From: Gaiellaceae bacterium
GTDB taxonomy: Bacteria > Actinomycetota > Thermoleophilia > Gaiellales > Gaiellaceae
Direction: 5' to 3'
NCBI GenBank assembly: GCA_035653435.1
Contig: DASRBY010000029.1
Coordinates: 79,979-143,978, forward strand
DNA: 64,000 bases
This document shows, in pieces, positions 16,354-24,673 of the stretch (within the stretch, counting starts at the first letter, position 1; each line of letters starts with the position of its first letter). The position numbers were made by a program, and so were the translations under genes. The notes beneath the pieces were generated by a model. The model ran no database searches. It was not told the origin of the DNA and saw only the letters and a program-made list of their open reading frames with translations.

Positions 16354-18390
16354 AGGCCCGGGCCCGACTTCTGCTGCGGCAATCCGCGCCCGCTCGAGCA
16401 GGTGGCGGTCACGGCGCAGCTGGGCGAAGCGGAGGTCGGAGAGCCCTGATTGGCGCGTGCCGAGCAGCGCGCCGCCGCCGCGCAGCTCGAGGTCGACCTC
16501 CGCGAGCTCGAACCCGTCGCTCGTCTCGCAGAGCGCCTGCAGCCGGGCGTGGGCGGACTCGGTCAGCTCCTCCTTCGCCCGCGAGACGAGCAGGCAGTAC
16601 GACTGCTCGGCGCCGCGGCCCACGCGCCCGCGGAGCTGGTGCAGCTGGGCGAGGCCGAAGCGGTCGGCCTCCTGAACGATCATCACCGTCGCGTTCGCCA
16701 CGTCGACCCCGACCTCGATCACCGTCGTCGCCACGAGCACGTCGAGCTCTCGCCCCTTGAAGCGCGCCATGAGGTCGCGCCGCTCGGCGGCTTTCAGCCG
16801 GCCGTGGAGGCAGCCAACCTGGAAATCGCGGAGCTCGGCACGCCGCAGCCGCTCGGCCTCCGCCTCGGCCGCGCGCGCGAGCGAGGTCTCCGACGCCTCG
16901 ATCAGCGGGCAGACGACGTAGGCCTGCCGCCCCTCACGCAGCAGGCGCGTGAGCCGGGTGTACGCCTCGGAGGCGCGATCCTCGGTGATCCAGCTCGTGA
17001 TCACGGGCTTGCGCGACGCGGGCGGCTTCGCGATCTCGGACACCGCGAGATCCCCGTAGACCGTGAGCGCGAGCGTGCGCGGGATCGGCGTCGCCGTCAT
17101 GTGGAGGACGTGCGGCGCGCGTCCCGCAACGAGGGCCGAGCGCTGCTCGACGCCGAAGCGGTGCTGCTCGTCGACGACGGCGACGGCGAGGTCGCGCAGC
17201 TGGAAGCCCTCCTGGATCAGTGCGTGCGTCCCGACCACGAGGTCGGCGCCGAGCGCCGCATCGCGTTCGCGCTTGCGCGACGAGCTCGTGAGGAGCGCGC
17301 AGCCGATCCCGAGCTCGAGGCAGAGGTCGGCGATCGTCGAGAAGTGCTGCTCGGCGAGCGTCTCCGTCGGAGCCATGAGCGCGCCCTGCCGGCCGTTCTC
17401 CACCGCGCGCAGCAGCGCGTAGAGCGCGACGACCGTCTTGCCGGAGCCTACGTCTCCCTGCAGGAGCCGCTGCATGGGGACGGTGCGCGCCAGGTCGCCG
17501 TCGAGCTCGCGGATCGCCTGCTCCTGATACGGCGTGAGCGCAAAGGGCAGCGCCTCGCGGTAACGGCGGATGAGGTCGCCCGGCTCGCCGAGGGCGGGCG
17601 CAAGCGTTCTCTCGCGCTCCGCGGCACGACGAGCGATTCCGACCTGGAGGACGAGCAGCTCCTCGAAGGCGAGGCGCTGCCTCCCGCTTTCCGCCTCCTC
17701 GAGGTCGCGTGGCCGATGCACGGCGGCGAGCGCGTCGCGCTTGAGCGCCAGCCCTTCGCGCTCGCGGAGCTCGGCAGGCAGTGGATCCGGCACGTGGAGC
17801 GTGAGCGGCAGTGCCGAGTCGACCACGCGCCGCACCGTCGCGGCGGCGATCTCCTCGGCCGCCGGATAGACGGGCGCGAAGTCTGCTGTGGCGTGGGCCT
17901 CGTCGCCGATGTCGTAGGAGCGGGGCTCGAAGCCGAAGCGGCCGAGCCTGCCACGCAGCCGGACCTCCGTCCCCGGCCGCAGGCGATCGAGTAGCCACGG
18001 CTGGTTGAACCACGTCACGCTCACGGTCGCGGTCCCGTCGTCGACGCGCGCGATGATCCGTGTCCGGCGGCGACCGCGCATGGGGCGGCTCTCCACGTTG
18101 AGCACGCGGCCGGTGACCACCGCCTCGTCTCCGGGCTGCAGCGCCGCGATGGATACTTCGTCGGCAGCCGTCTCGTACCGTCGCGGCCGATGCTCGAGCA
18201 CGTCTCGCACGGTCGCGAGCCCCAGCCGCCCGAGCTTCCGCCGGGTCGTGGCGGCGACCCCCGGCAGCGAGTCGACACTCAGCTCGAGCCGCTCCGGCCT
18301 GAGGGCGCGCGCTGTGCGCGGCCAGACCCCGGGCTGGTCCAGCCCAGCGAAGACCGTCTGTCGACGGGTGGTTGTCATCGTCCGCGGCAC
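16297..18390 (-). CDS. recG: ATP-dependent DNA helicase RecG
   Basis: It has an N-terminal wedge/OB region and helicase motifs GDVGSGKT and VDEQHRFG, plus the C-terminal helicase domain. Possible starts are the GTG at 18390 or the ATG at 18378. Confidence 0.92.
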   Translation of the reverse strand: MPRTMTTTRRQTVFAGLDQPGVWPRTARALRPERLELSVDSLPGVAATTRRKLGRLGLATVRDVLEHRPRRYETAADEVSIAALQPGDEAVVTGRVLNVESRPMRGRRRTRIIARVDDGTATVSVTWFNQPWLLDRLRPGTEVRLRGRLGRFGFEPRSYDIGDEAHATADFAPVYPAAEEIAAATVRRVVDSALPLTLHVPDPLPAELREREGLALKRDALAAVHRPRDLEEAESGRQRLAFEELLVLQVGIARRAAERERTLAPALGEPGDLIRRYREALPFALTPYQEQAIRELDGDLARTVPMQRLLQGDVGSGKTVVALYALLRAVENGRQGALMAPTETLAEQHFSTIADLCLELGIGCALLTSSSRKRERDAALGADLVVGTHALIQEGFQLRDLAVAVVDEQHRFGVEQRSALVAGRAPHVLHMTATPIPRTLALTVYGDLAVSEIAKPPASRKPVITSWITEDRASEAYTRLTRLLREGRQAYVVCPLIEASETSLARAAEAEAERLRRAELRDFQVGCLHGRLKAAERRDLMARFKGRELDVLVATTVIEVGVDVANATVMIVQEADRFGLAQLHQLRGRVGRGAEQSYCLLVSRAKEELTESAHARLQALCETSDGFELAEVDLELRGGGALLGTRQSGLSDLRFAQLRRDRHLLERARIAAAEVGPGPLQDAAAALFAEVEPETLA

Positions 18391-18423
18391 CGGGCAGCCC
18401 GAGTATTCCGCGCGGACCGGACG

Positions 18424-19179
18424 TCAGGGATGCGCAAGGACCTGGGGCGCCGCGTCGAACTCTTCGATCGTCAGCCGCACGGTCTCGCCGCAGCCAGGCC
18501 GGCCGCACTCGCAGCCGAATGGGAAGCCGGGGTGCTCGCGCGGCGCCTCCGGCGAGGCAAGCCACGCGCGGATGTTCGCAGCCGCGGCCTCGTTCTCCCA
18601 GCGGCGGACCTCCGCCAGATCGGCGGGGGGCTCCGGCAGCTCGAGCAGAGCTTCGACCTCGGAGACGAGGTCGCGGGAGCCGTCCATGACCAGCACGGGA
18701 AAGCCGCACTCACGCGCGAGCGTCGCGACCCGGTCAGCATAGAGCCGGTCCTTGACGAGCCGCGCCTCGAGGGCGCGAGCCGGGTCGCTCGAAGGCATCG
18801 GCCGGGGAACGAGCACCTCCCGCTGCCACTCCGGCGTGGGGTCGAGGAAGACCGCCTGGTCGCCCGCTGGGACGAGGTCGGGGAGGACTTGCGGGCCCTC
18901 GACCACGGTGGGCACGTCGGGGAGCACGGCAAGGTCGTCGAGCGCGTAGCTCATCATCCGTCGCGAAATCTCCTCGAACTCGATCGCCTGCACGCCGGGC
19001 GGCGTCTCGAGCCATTGCTCGTCGGGCGTCTTGCGCGGCTGCGCCCAGCGGGCGTCGTACGCGTACCAGAAGCTGTCGATCGCAAATCGGCGCAGCCCGT
19101 GCCGCGCTGCGAGGGCGCGGGCCGTGGTCGACTTGCCCGCCCCTGTTCCGCCGCCGATCCAGATCCGGCTACTCGTCAT
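18424..19179 (-). CDS. P-loop NTPase/kinase-like protein with C-terminal Cys-motif module
   Basis: Walker A (GGGTGAGKST) sits at the N-terminus, and the C-terminal motif is FGCECGRPGCGETVRLTIEEF. The ATG at 19179 overlaps the degV 3' end by 11 nt. Confidence 0.7.
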   Translation of the reverse strand: MTSSRIWIGGGTGAGKSTTARALAARHGLRRFAIDSFWYAYDARWAQPRKTPDEQWLETPPGVQAIEFEEISRRMMSYALDDLAVLPDVPTVVEGPQVLPDLVPAGDQAVFLDPTPEWQREVLVPRPMPSSDPARALEARLVKDRLYADRVATLARECGFPVLVMDGSRDLVSEVEALLELPEPPADLAEVRRWENEAAAANIRAWLASPEAPREHPGFPFGCECGRPGCGETVRLTIEEFDAAPQVLAHP

Positions 19180-20032
19180 CCTGGAACCAGAAGAGCGCGA
19201 GCGTGCCGGGGCCTGCATGCGCTCCGATGACCGCGCCGAGGGCGACGACGAGCTCGAGCTCGGCCCGCGGCCGCCGCTCCCGCACCAGCGCCTCGAGCTC
19301 GGCCGCACGCTCCGGCGCCGCGGCGTGGGCGACGGCGAGCCGGAAGCCGGGCTCGTCTCGCGTCTGCGTCTCTAGCGAATCGGCGAGCTCGGCGAACGCC
19401 TTCGTCTCGCCCCGGACGCGCTTCACCGGCACGACCTCGCCGTCGCGGATCGAGAGGATCGGCTTGACCTGCAGCAAGGCGCCGGCGAACGCGGCCGCCT
19501 TGCCGATGCGGCCGCCGCGCGAGAGGAACTCGAGGGTGTCGACCGTGAAGAGCAGGCCACGCTCCCGGCGGTACCGCTCGACGAGCGCGTCGACCTCCTC
19601 GTCGCTCGTGCCCCGCGCGAGCCGGCGCTGGATCGCCAGCGCGAGCAGCGCGATCGACGCGGACGCGGTCTCGGTGTCGATCGCGCGCACGCGCCCGTCC
19701 CCGAGCTCGGCTCCCGCGGTCTCCGCGCTGGCGAACGTGCCGGAGACGCGCGCGGAGACGTGGAGCGAGACGATCCGCTCGTAGGCGCCAAGCTCCTCGT
19801 AGGTGGCGAGGAAGTCGCCGGGCGTCGGCTGCGACGTCGTCGGAAAGACGCTCGAGCCACGCAGCCGCTCGTAGAACTCAGCGGCGCTGATGTCGACCCC
19901 GTCGCGCAGGCTCGCGTCGCCGAAGCGGACGTAGAGCGGAACGACACGCCAGTTCGGGAAGCGCTCGGCTGCGTCCGGCAGGTCCGCGGTCGAGTCGAGG
20001 ACGATCGCCGTGTTCTCGGCAGTGAGCCTCAC
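19169..20032 (-). CDS. DegV family fatty-acid-binding protein (FakB-like)
   Basis: DegV pattern: IVLDSTADLP, TSQPTPGDF and SRGGRIGKA. The GTG start overlaps the stop of the receiver gene (GTGA). Confidence 0.9.
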   Translation of the reverse strand: MRLTAENTAIVLDSTADLPDAAERFPNWRVVPLYVRFGDASLRDGVDISAAEFYERLRGSSVFPTTSQPTPGDFLATYEELGAYERIVSLHVSARVSGTFASAETAGAELGDGRVRAIDTETASASIALLALAIQRRLARGTSDEEVDALVERYRRERGLLFTVDTLEFLSRGGRIGKAAAFAGALLQVKPILSIRDGEVVPVKRVRGETKAFAELADSLETQTRDEPGFRLAVAHAAAPERAAELEALVRERRPRAELELVVALGAVIGAHAGPGTLALFWFQDDE

Positions 20033-20418
20033 CCGGCCGCGGCCGGAGCCGCGTCGAGAATCGCGGCCACGATCTCGTCGAGCTCCTGATCCTTCGCCAG
20101 GCAGGCGACCGCACCCGCGTCGAGCAGCGCCTCGCGCTCGGCATCGTCCGCTGACGCGGTCAACGCGACGACAGCGAGGTCGGGCACGGCCGCGACGACC
20201 TGCGCCGTCGCCTGGATGCCGTCGAGCGTGGGCAGGCGGTAGTCCATCAGCACGACGTCCGGCCGATGCTCGATCGCCGCGGAGACGGCCGTCGCGCCGT
20301 CGCCGACCGAGGCGACGACCTCGACGTCGGCGCGCATCCCGAGCAAGAGCTCGAGCGCATCCCGGAAGACCTCGTTGTCCTCGACGAGCAGGATTCGCAC
20401 CGGTCGCATTCGTTTCAA
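20029..20418 (-). CDS. stand-alone response-regulator receiver protein (CheY-like)
   Basis: A 129-aa protein with the receiver residues in place: LLVEDN, VLMDYRLP (phospho-Asp), ALTAS and ACLAKD. It has no output domain. Confidence 0.85.
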   Translation of the reverse strand: MKRMRPVRILLVEDNEVFRDALELLLGMRADVEVVASVGDGATAVSAAIEHRPDVVLMDYRLPTLDGIQATAQVVAAVPDLAVVALTASADDAEREALLDAGAVACLAKDQELDEIVAAILDAAPAAAG

Positions 20419-20420
20419 CC

Positions 20421-22031
20421 CTATTCCGCTCCCAGCAAGAGTGGGTAATGCGGCTGGCCGCCCTCGTGCACCTCGACCTCGAGCTGCGGCTGCGACGACG
20501 CGAGGACCTCGACGAGCCCGTCGAGCGGCGGCGACCCGGCGCCCGTGAGGAGCGTCAGGAGTGTCCGCGGCTGCTCGGTCAGGCGGGCGACCACGGCAAG
20601 TGCGACGTCCACGAAGTCGTCGCCTCCCGCCACGGGGTCGCCGTCTGCGAGGCCGAGCCAGTCCCCACGTCGGATGGTCAATCCGTTCAGCTCGACGTCG
20701 CGGGAGGCATGAGTGATCTCGCCCGTCGCCACGGCCGCCGCGGCCGCAGCCATCTCGGCGGCGTTCTCGGCAGCGCCGCGCGTGCCGTCGTAGGCCACGA
20801 GAGCGGCGAGCCCGGCGGGAATCGAGCTCGTCGGCACGACCGTCGCGCCGAGCCGCGCCTGCTCGGCGGCGTGCTCGGCGGCGAGGCGCACGTTCGGGTT
20901 GTTGGGCAGGACGATCCCCTCCTCGGCCTCGAGCTCCTCGAGCGCTGCGACGAGCTCTGCGGTGGACGGATTGGCGGTCTGCCCGCCCGCCACGACGCGA
21001 ATCGTCCCAACGGGCTCCGCCAGCGTCTCGAAGAGCAGCCGGTTCCCCTCGCCCGCGACCACGGCGACCACCCCGCTCCGCGGGCGCGTCGAGGGAACGA
21101 GTGAGAGTCGCCGCTCCCGCTCCTCCTGCTGCACCTGCATGTTCGCGATCTCGACGCCCTCGATCGTGCCTGCGACCGTGCCGAGCGAAAGCGCGGCCCC
21201 GGGATCGTCCGTGTGGACGTGCACCTTGAGCGCGGTCTCGTCCCCCACCACGACCAGTGAGTCCCCGAGTCGCTCCAGCCCCGCTTCGAGCTCGTCGCGA
21301 TCGAGCGCGTCGCCCTCGACCACGAAAACGGTGCAGTAGCGGTAGCGAGACGGCTCGAGGTGGATGGCGTCGGGCCCCGGCGCGGCCACGGGTGCAGGCG
21401 TCAAGGGCAACGCTTCGCCGCTGACCGCGCCCGCCAGCCCCCGCAGAAGCTCGACGAGCCCCGCGCCGCCCGCATCGACGACGCCCGCTTCTCGCAGCAC
21501 GTCCAGCTGGTCGGGGGTCCTGGCGACCGCCTCCTCCCCGTGCCGGACCAGCTCGACGAGCATCGCGCCGAGCGGCTCGGGCTCGCCGGCGCGGCGCTCG
21601 GCCTCCTCCGCGAGCTCGCGGATGACGGAGAGCATCGTCCCCTCGACTGGGCGCCGCACGGCCCGGTAGGCGGCGTCGGAGGCTCCGCGCAGCGCACGCG
21701 CGGTGAGCTCCGGATCGATCCCGTTCGTCGACTCCGCGAGCACGTCGGCGACGCCGCGGACGATCTGCGAGAGGATGACGCCGGAGTTGCCGCGCGCTCC
21801 CATGAGCGCGGCCCGCGCGACCGCATGCGCGAGCGCAGGCCGGTCCGCAGCCTCGGTCGAGGCGATGGCGTCCGCGACCGCCCGAACGGTCAGCGCCAGG
21901 TTGGTGCCGGTGTCGCCGTCGGGCACGGGATAGACGTTGAGGTCGTCGATGCGGCTACGACTGGTCTCGAGCGAAGCAAGCGCAGCGCCGACGAGGCCGC
22001 GGACGAGCTCGAGATCTCCCTCGGCAGTCAC
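20421..22031 (-). CDS. DAK2/DhaL-domain protein (YloV / fatty acid kinase FakA-like)
   Basis: The N-terminal DhaL motifs DGDTGTNL and GARGNSGVILSQ are present, the product is about 536 aa, and the gene lies between asp23 and recG as in Firmicutes. The GTG start at 22031 overlaps the asp23 stop (GTGA). Confidence 0.88.
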   Translation of the reverse strand: MTAEGDLELVRGLVGAALASLETSRSRIDDLNVYPVPDGDTGTNLALTVRAVADAIASTEAADRPALAHAVARAALMGARGNSGVILSQIVRGVADVLAESTNGIDPELTARALRGASDAAYRAVRRPVEGTMLSVIRELAEEAERRAGEPEPLGAMLVELVRHGEEAVARTPDQLDVLREAGVVDAGGAGLVELLRGLAGAVSGEALPLTPAPVAAPGPDAIHLEPSRYRYCTVFVVEGDALDRDELEAGLERLGDSLVVVGDETALKVHVHTDDPGAALSLGTVAGTIEGVEIANMQVQQEERERRLSLVPSTRPRSGVVAVVAGEGNRLLFETLAEPVGTIRVVAGGQTANPSTAELVAALEELEAEEGIVLPNNPNVRLAAEHAAEQARLGATVVPTSSIPAGLAALVAYDGTRGAAENAAEMAAAAAAVATGEITHASRDVELNGLTIRRGDWLGLADGDPVAGGDDFVDVALAVVARLTEQPRTLLTLLTGAGSPPLDGLVEVLASSQPQLEVEVHEGGQPHYPLLLGAE

Positions 22032-22381
22032 TTCCCGCCGGTTCGCACGTCGTCGACGTGTACCTCGACGGCGCCGACCGGCAGGCCCGTCAGGCGCTCC
22101 ACCTCGTAGGCGACGCGGTTGCTGACGCTCGACGCGACCTCGGCGAGGTTGAGGCCGTACTCGACGACGACGTGGAGGTCGATGGTCACCTGGCCTCCCT
22201 TCCGTCCGATCTCGATCCCGCGGGGGCGCCGGCGCGCGCGAGCGATCTGGCCGCGGAGCGACCCCTTCATCCCCACCACGCCGTAGCACTCGAGCGCCGT
22301 CTCCGCGACGATCTGCGCGATCGCCTCGCTCGAGATCGTGATGCGCCCCAGCCGCGAGGAGAGCGCGTGCCCCGCTTCCAT
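22028..22381 (-). CDS. Asp23/Gls24 family envelope stress protein
   Basis: ISSEAIAQIVAETALECYGVVGM...VTIDLHVVVEYG is typical of the Asp23 family. The chosen start is the ATG at 22381 (MEAGH...). The alternative at 22438 would overlap the upstream gene. Confidence 0.85.
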   Translation of the reverse strand: MEAGHALSSRLGRITISSEAIAQIVAETALECYGVVGMKGSLRGQIARARRRPRGIEIGRKGGQVTIDLHVVVEYGLNLAEVASSVSNRVAYEVERLTGLPVGAVEVHVDDVRTGGK

Positions 22382-22407
22382 CACGCCCTTGGACCGGCCG
22401 CTCCGCC

Positions 22408-23028
22408 CTACGGTTGCGCGAAAAGGAGCTGCGACCACTCGTCGCGATTCGCGATCCGTGCGTCGCCGAACCCGGCCTCGCGCGCGAAAGCGACCAGCTC
22501 GTCGTCGGCGTGGAAGTGGCCGCGGCTCGCGAGCGGATAGGGCGCCGCCGGAGTTCCCTTGGCCTCCGGCGCCGTGGTCATCACCGCGATCCGTCCACGT
22601 CCGGGATCGAGAACCCGCCGCATCTCGCGCAGCGCGGCGACCGGCTCCGCGAAGAAGAAGAAGGCAACGAGGCAGGAGACCGCGGTGAACTCGGCGTCCG
22701 CGAACGGGACGGCGGTCACGTCGGCGAGCTCGATCCGCGCGCCGGTCTTCGCTTGCGCGAGCCGCACCATCTCGCGGCTGTGGTCGAGCCCCGCGATCGC
22801 GCAGCCGCTCTCACGCGCGCGGCGGAGGAAGGCTCCGCCGCCGCAGCCGACGTCGAGCAGCCGGTCGTCGGGACCGAGTGCGAGCGCGTCGAGCACCGGC
22901 TCCCAGAGGAACGAGTGGGCGTCTTCCGCTCCGTACGTGGCCCGGGCCTTTCGGCCGTGCGGCCGCCGGGCGATTCGGTCCGTCATCCGGTCGATCCGCC
23001 ACTCACGGAGGCGTTCCAGCACGTACAC
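22408..23028 (-). CDS. class I SAM-dependent methyltransferase
   Basis: Motif I (LLDVGCGGGAF) is followed by IAGLDHS and a post-I acidic residue. Confidence 0.8.
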   Translation of the reverse strand: MYVLERLREWRIDRMTDRIARRPHGRKARATYGAEDAHSFLWEPVLDALALGPDDRLLDVGCGGGAFLRRARESGCAIAGLDHSREMVRLAQAKTGARIELADVTAVPFADAEFTAVSCLVAFFFFAEPVAALREMRRVLDPGRGRIAVMTTAPEAKGTPAAPYPLASRGHFHADDELVAFAREAGFGDARIANRDEWSQLLFAQP

Positions 23029-23066
23029 GTTCGCAGCGTGCCAGACCGGCGTCAGAATCGAGCCCG

Positions 23067-23651
23067 ATGGCGAGGCTCGCGACCGCGGAGGAGATCGACG
23101 TCGCCGCAGGCGTTTTGGCGCGCGCGTTCGCTCGCGACCCGGTGCTCACGGCGTTCTTCGGCGCAGGCTCGGTCGAAACCGCAAAGATGGCTCGGTACTT
23201 CGAGCTCGAATTCCGAATTGCGCTCGCGGGCTACGGCGAGGTCTGGCTCGACGACGAACGCCTGGGCGCGGCCCTGTGGCGCCGGCCCGGCGGGTATCCA
23301 GAGCCCATGTCACTCCAGCTCCGGATGGTGCCTCGCTACCTTCGCCTGTTCCCGCGCCAGTTCTTCAGCGCGTCCCGCAGCCTCAACAAGCTCGCACGGC
23401 TCCACCCTCGCGAGCCGCACTGGTACCTCTTCGCCGTCGGCGTCGTTCCCGAGGCGACCGGCCAGGGCCGCGGCAGCGCCCTGCTCGAGCCGGTGCTGGA
23501 GCGGTGCGATGCCGAGCGGCTACCCGCCTACCTCGAGGCGTCGAGCGAGGACAACGCGCGTCTCTACGCGCGGCTCGGCTTCGAGCGGCGGGACGATGTC
23601 GAGATCATGGACGGGGTCCGGGTGCGGCCGATGTGGCGCGAGCCGCGCTAG
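23067..23651 (+). CDS. GNAT family N-acetyltransferase
   Basis: ATG at 23067. The motif A-like sequence is [20 protein letters not shown], and the C-terminus has LYARLGF. Confidence 0.75.
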   Translation: MARLATAEEIDVAAGVLARAFARDPVLTAFFGAGSVETAKMARYFELEFRIALAGYGEVWLDDERLGAALWRRPGGYPEPMSLQLRMVPRYLRLFPRQFFSASRSLNKLARLHPREPHWYLFAVGVVPEATGQGRGSALLEPVLERCDAERLPAYLEASSEDNARLYARLGFERRDDVEIMDGVRVRPMWREPR

Positions 23652-23839
23652 AGCGCTTTCTGGACCTTGCCGGCCTTGAGGCAGCGCGTGCAGACGTACG
23701 CGCGCGTCGCCTTGCCGGCGATCAGGACGCGGACGCGCTGGAGGTTCGGCTCGAAGCGCCGCTTCGTGGCGACCATGGAGTGGCTCCGGTGGTGGCCGAA
23801 GCCGGGCTTCTTGCCGCAGATTGCGCAGACCTTCGACAT
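23648..23839 (-). CDS. rpmB: 50S ribosomal protein L28
   Basis: It has the [21 protein letters not shown]...RRFEPNLQ pattern, with four Cys (zinc form). Confidence 0.95.
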   Translation of the reverse strand: MSKVCAICGKKPGFGHHRSHSMVATKRRFEPNLQRVRVLIAGKATRAYVCTRCLKAGKVQKAL

Positions 23840-23944
23840 CGGCGGCCCAGGATAGCGAGCCAGGCCGGGGCTTCGCGAGCCAGGAGGACTTGGCGAGAAT
23901 CAGGCTGAGCCGCCGGCGAGCGGCTTTCCGCCAAACCCCTCCTA

Positions 23945-24673
23945 CTAGCCGCGCGCCTGCTTTCGGACCTGGGAGAAGAGGTCCGCCATCTCCAAAGCGG
24001 CACGAGCGGCGTCTGCGCCCCTGTCGGCTCTCGCCTCCGCCTGCTCGGCCGTGTCGACCGTGAGGACGCCGAAAGCCACGGGCACGCCGGTCTCGAGCCC
24101 GGCGAGCTGGATGCCCGAAGCCGCCTCGCTCGCGACGAAGTCGAAGTGCGCCGTCTCGCCGCGGATCACGCAGCCGAGGGCGACGACGCACGAGTAGCGG
24201 CGGGTCTTCGCGAGCGCCATGGCGCCGATCGGAAGCTCGAACGCGCCCGGCACGGGCATGACGGTGACCCGCTCCTCCGAGACGCCTGCGGCCTCGAGCG
24301 CTTCGAGCGCCGACTCGAGCAGCCGGTTCGAGATCTCGCCGTTGAAGCGCGAGACGACGACACCGACCGTCCGGTCAGCTCCCGACGGCGAGCCCTCGAG
24401 GACGGCGACCCCGTCGGGGATGTCGAGCTCGCCGGGCGCATGCACCGGCACCGCAGCCTCAGGCTCCGGCTCCTCGTCCTCCTCCTCGGTCGCGGGCTCA
24501 GGCTCGACCACCGCCTCGGCGGCTGCCGTCGCCGTCGGCTGCGGCTTCTCGTTCGCCGCAGGCTCTTCGGCGTCTCCCTCGTCGTCGCGCAGCGCAGGCC
24601 ATTCGGTCTCCGGTGCGTCTTCCTGCTCGGCAGCCGGGGCCTCGCCCGGCCAGAAACCCCCGCTCGCGCTCAT
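23945..24673 (-). CDS. ribH: 6,7-dimethyl-8-ribityllumazine synthase, with a possible ~85-aa acidic N-terminal extension
   Basis: The core reads VGVVVSRFNGEI...VPGAFELP...ALGCVIRGETAHFDFV. The ATG at 24673 overlaps the ribBA stop (ATGA). Alternative in-frame GTGs at 24451 and 24445 would give a canonical-size protein. Confidence 0.85.
   Translation of the reverse strand: MSASGGFWPGEAPAAEQEDAPETEWPALRDDEGDAEEPAANEKPQPTATAAAEAVVEPEPATEEEDEEPEPEAAVPVHAPGELDIPDGVAVLEGSPSGADRTVGVVVSRFNGEISNRLLESALEALEAAGVSEERVTVMPVPGAFELPIGAMALAKTRRYSCVVALGCVIRGETAHFDFVASEAASGIQLAGLETGVPVAFGVLTVDTAEQAEARADRGADAARAALEMADLFSQVRKQARG

Noticed and set aside
23908-23925. AGCCGC-N6-GCGGCT hairpin downstream of ribH and upstream of rpmB
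   Set aside because: It is a 6-bp stem without a U-tract on the minus (coding) strand. I cannot support calling it a terminator or a ribosomal-protein leader from sequence alone.
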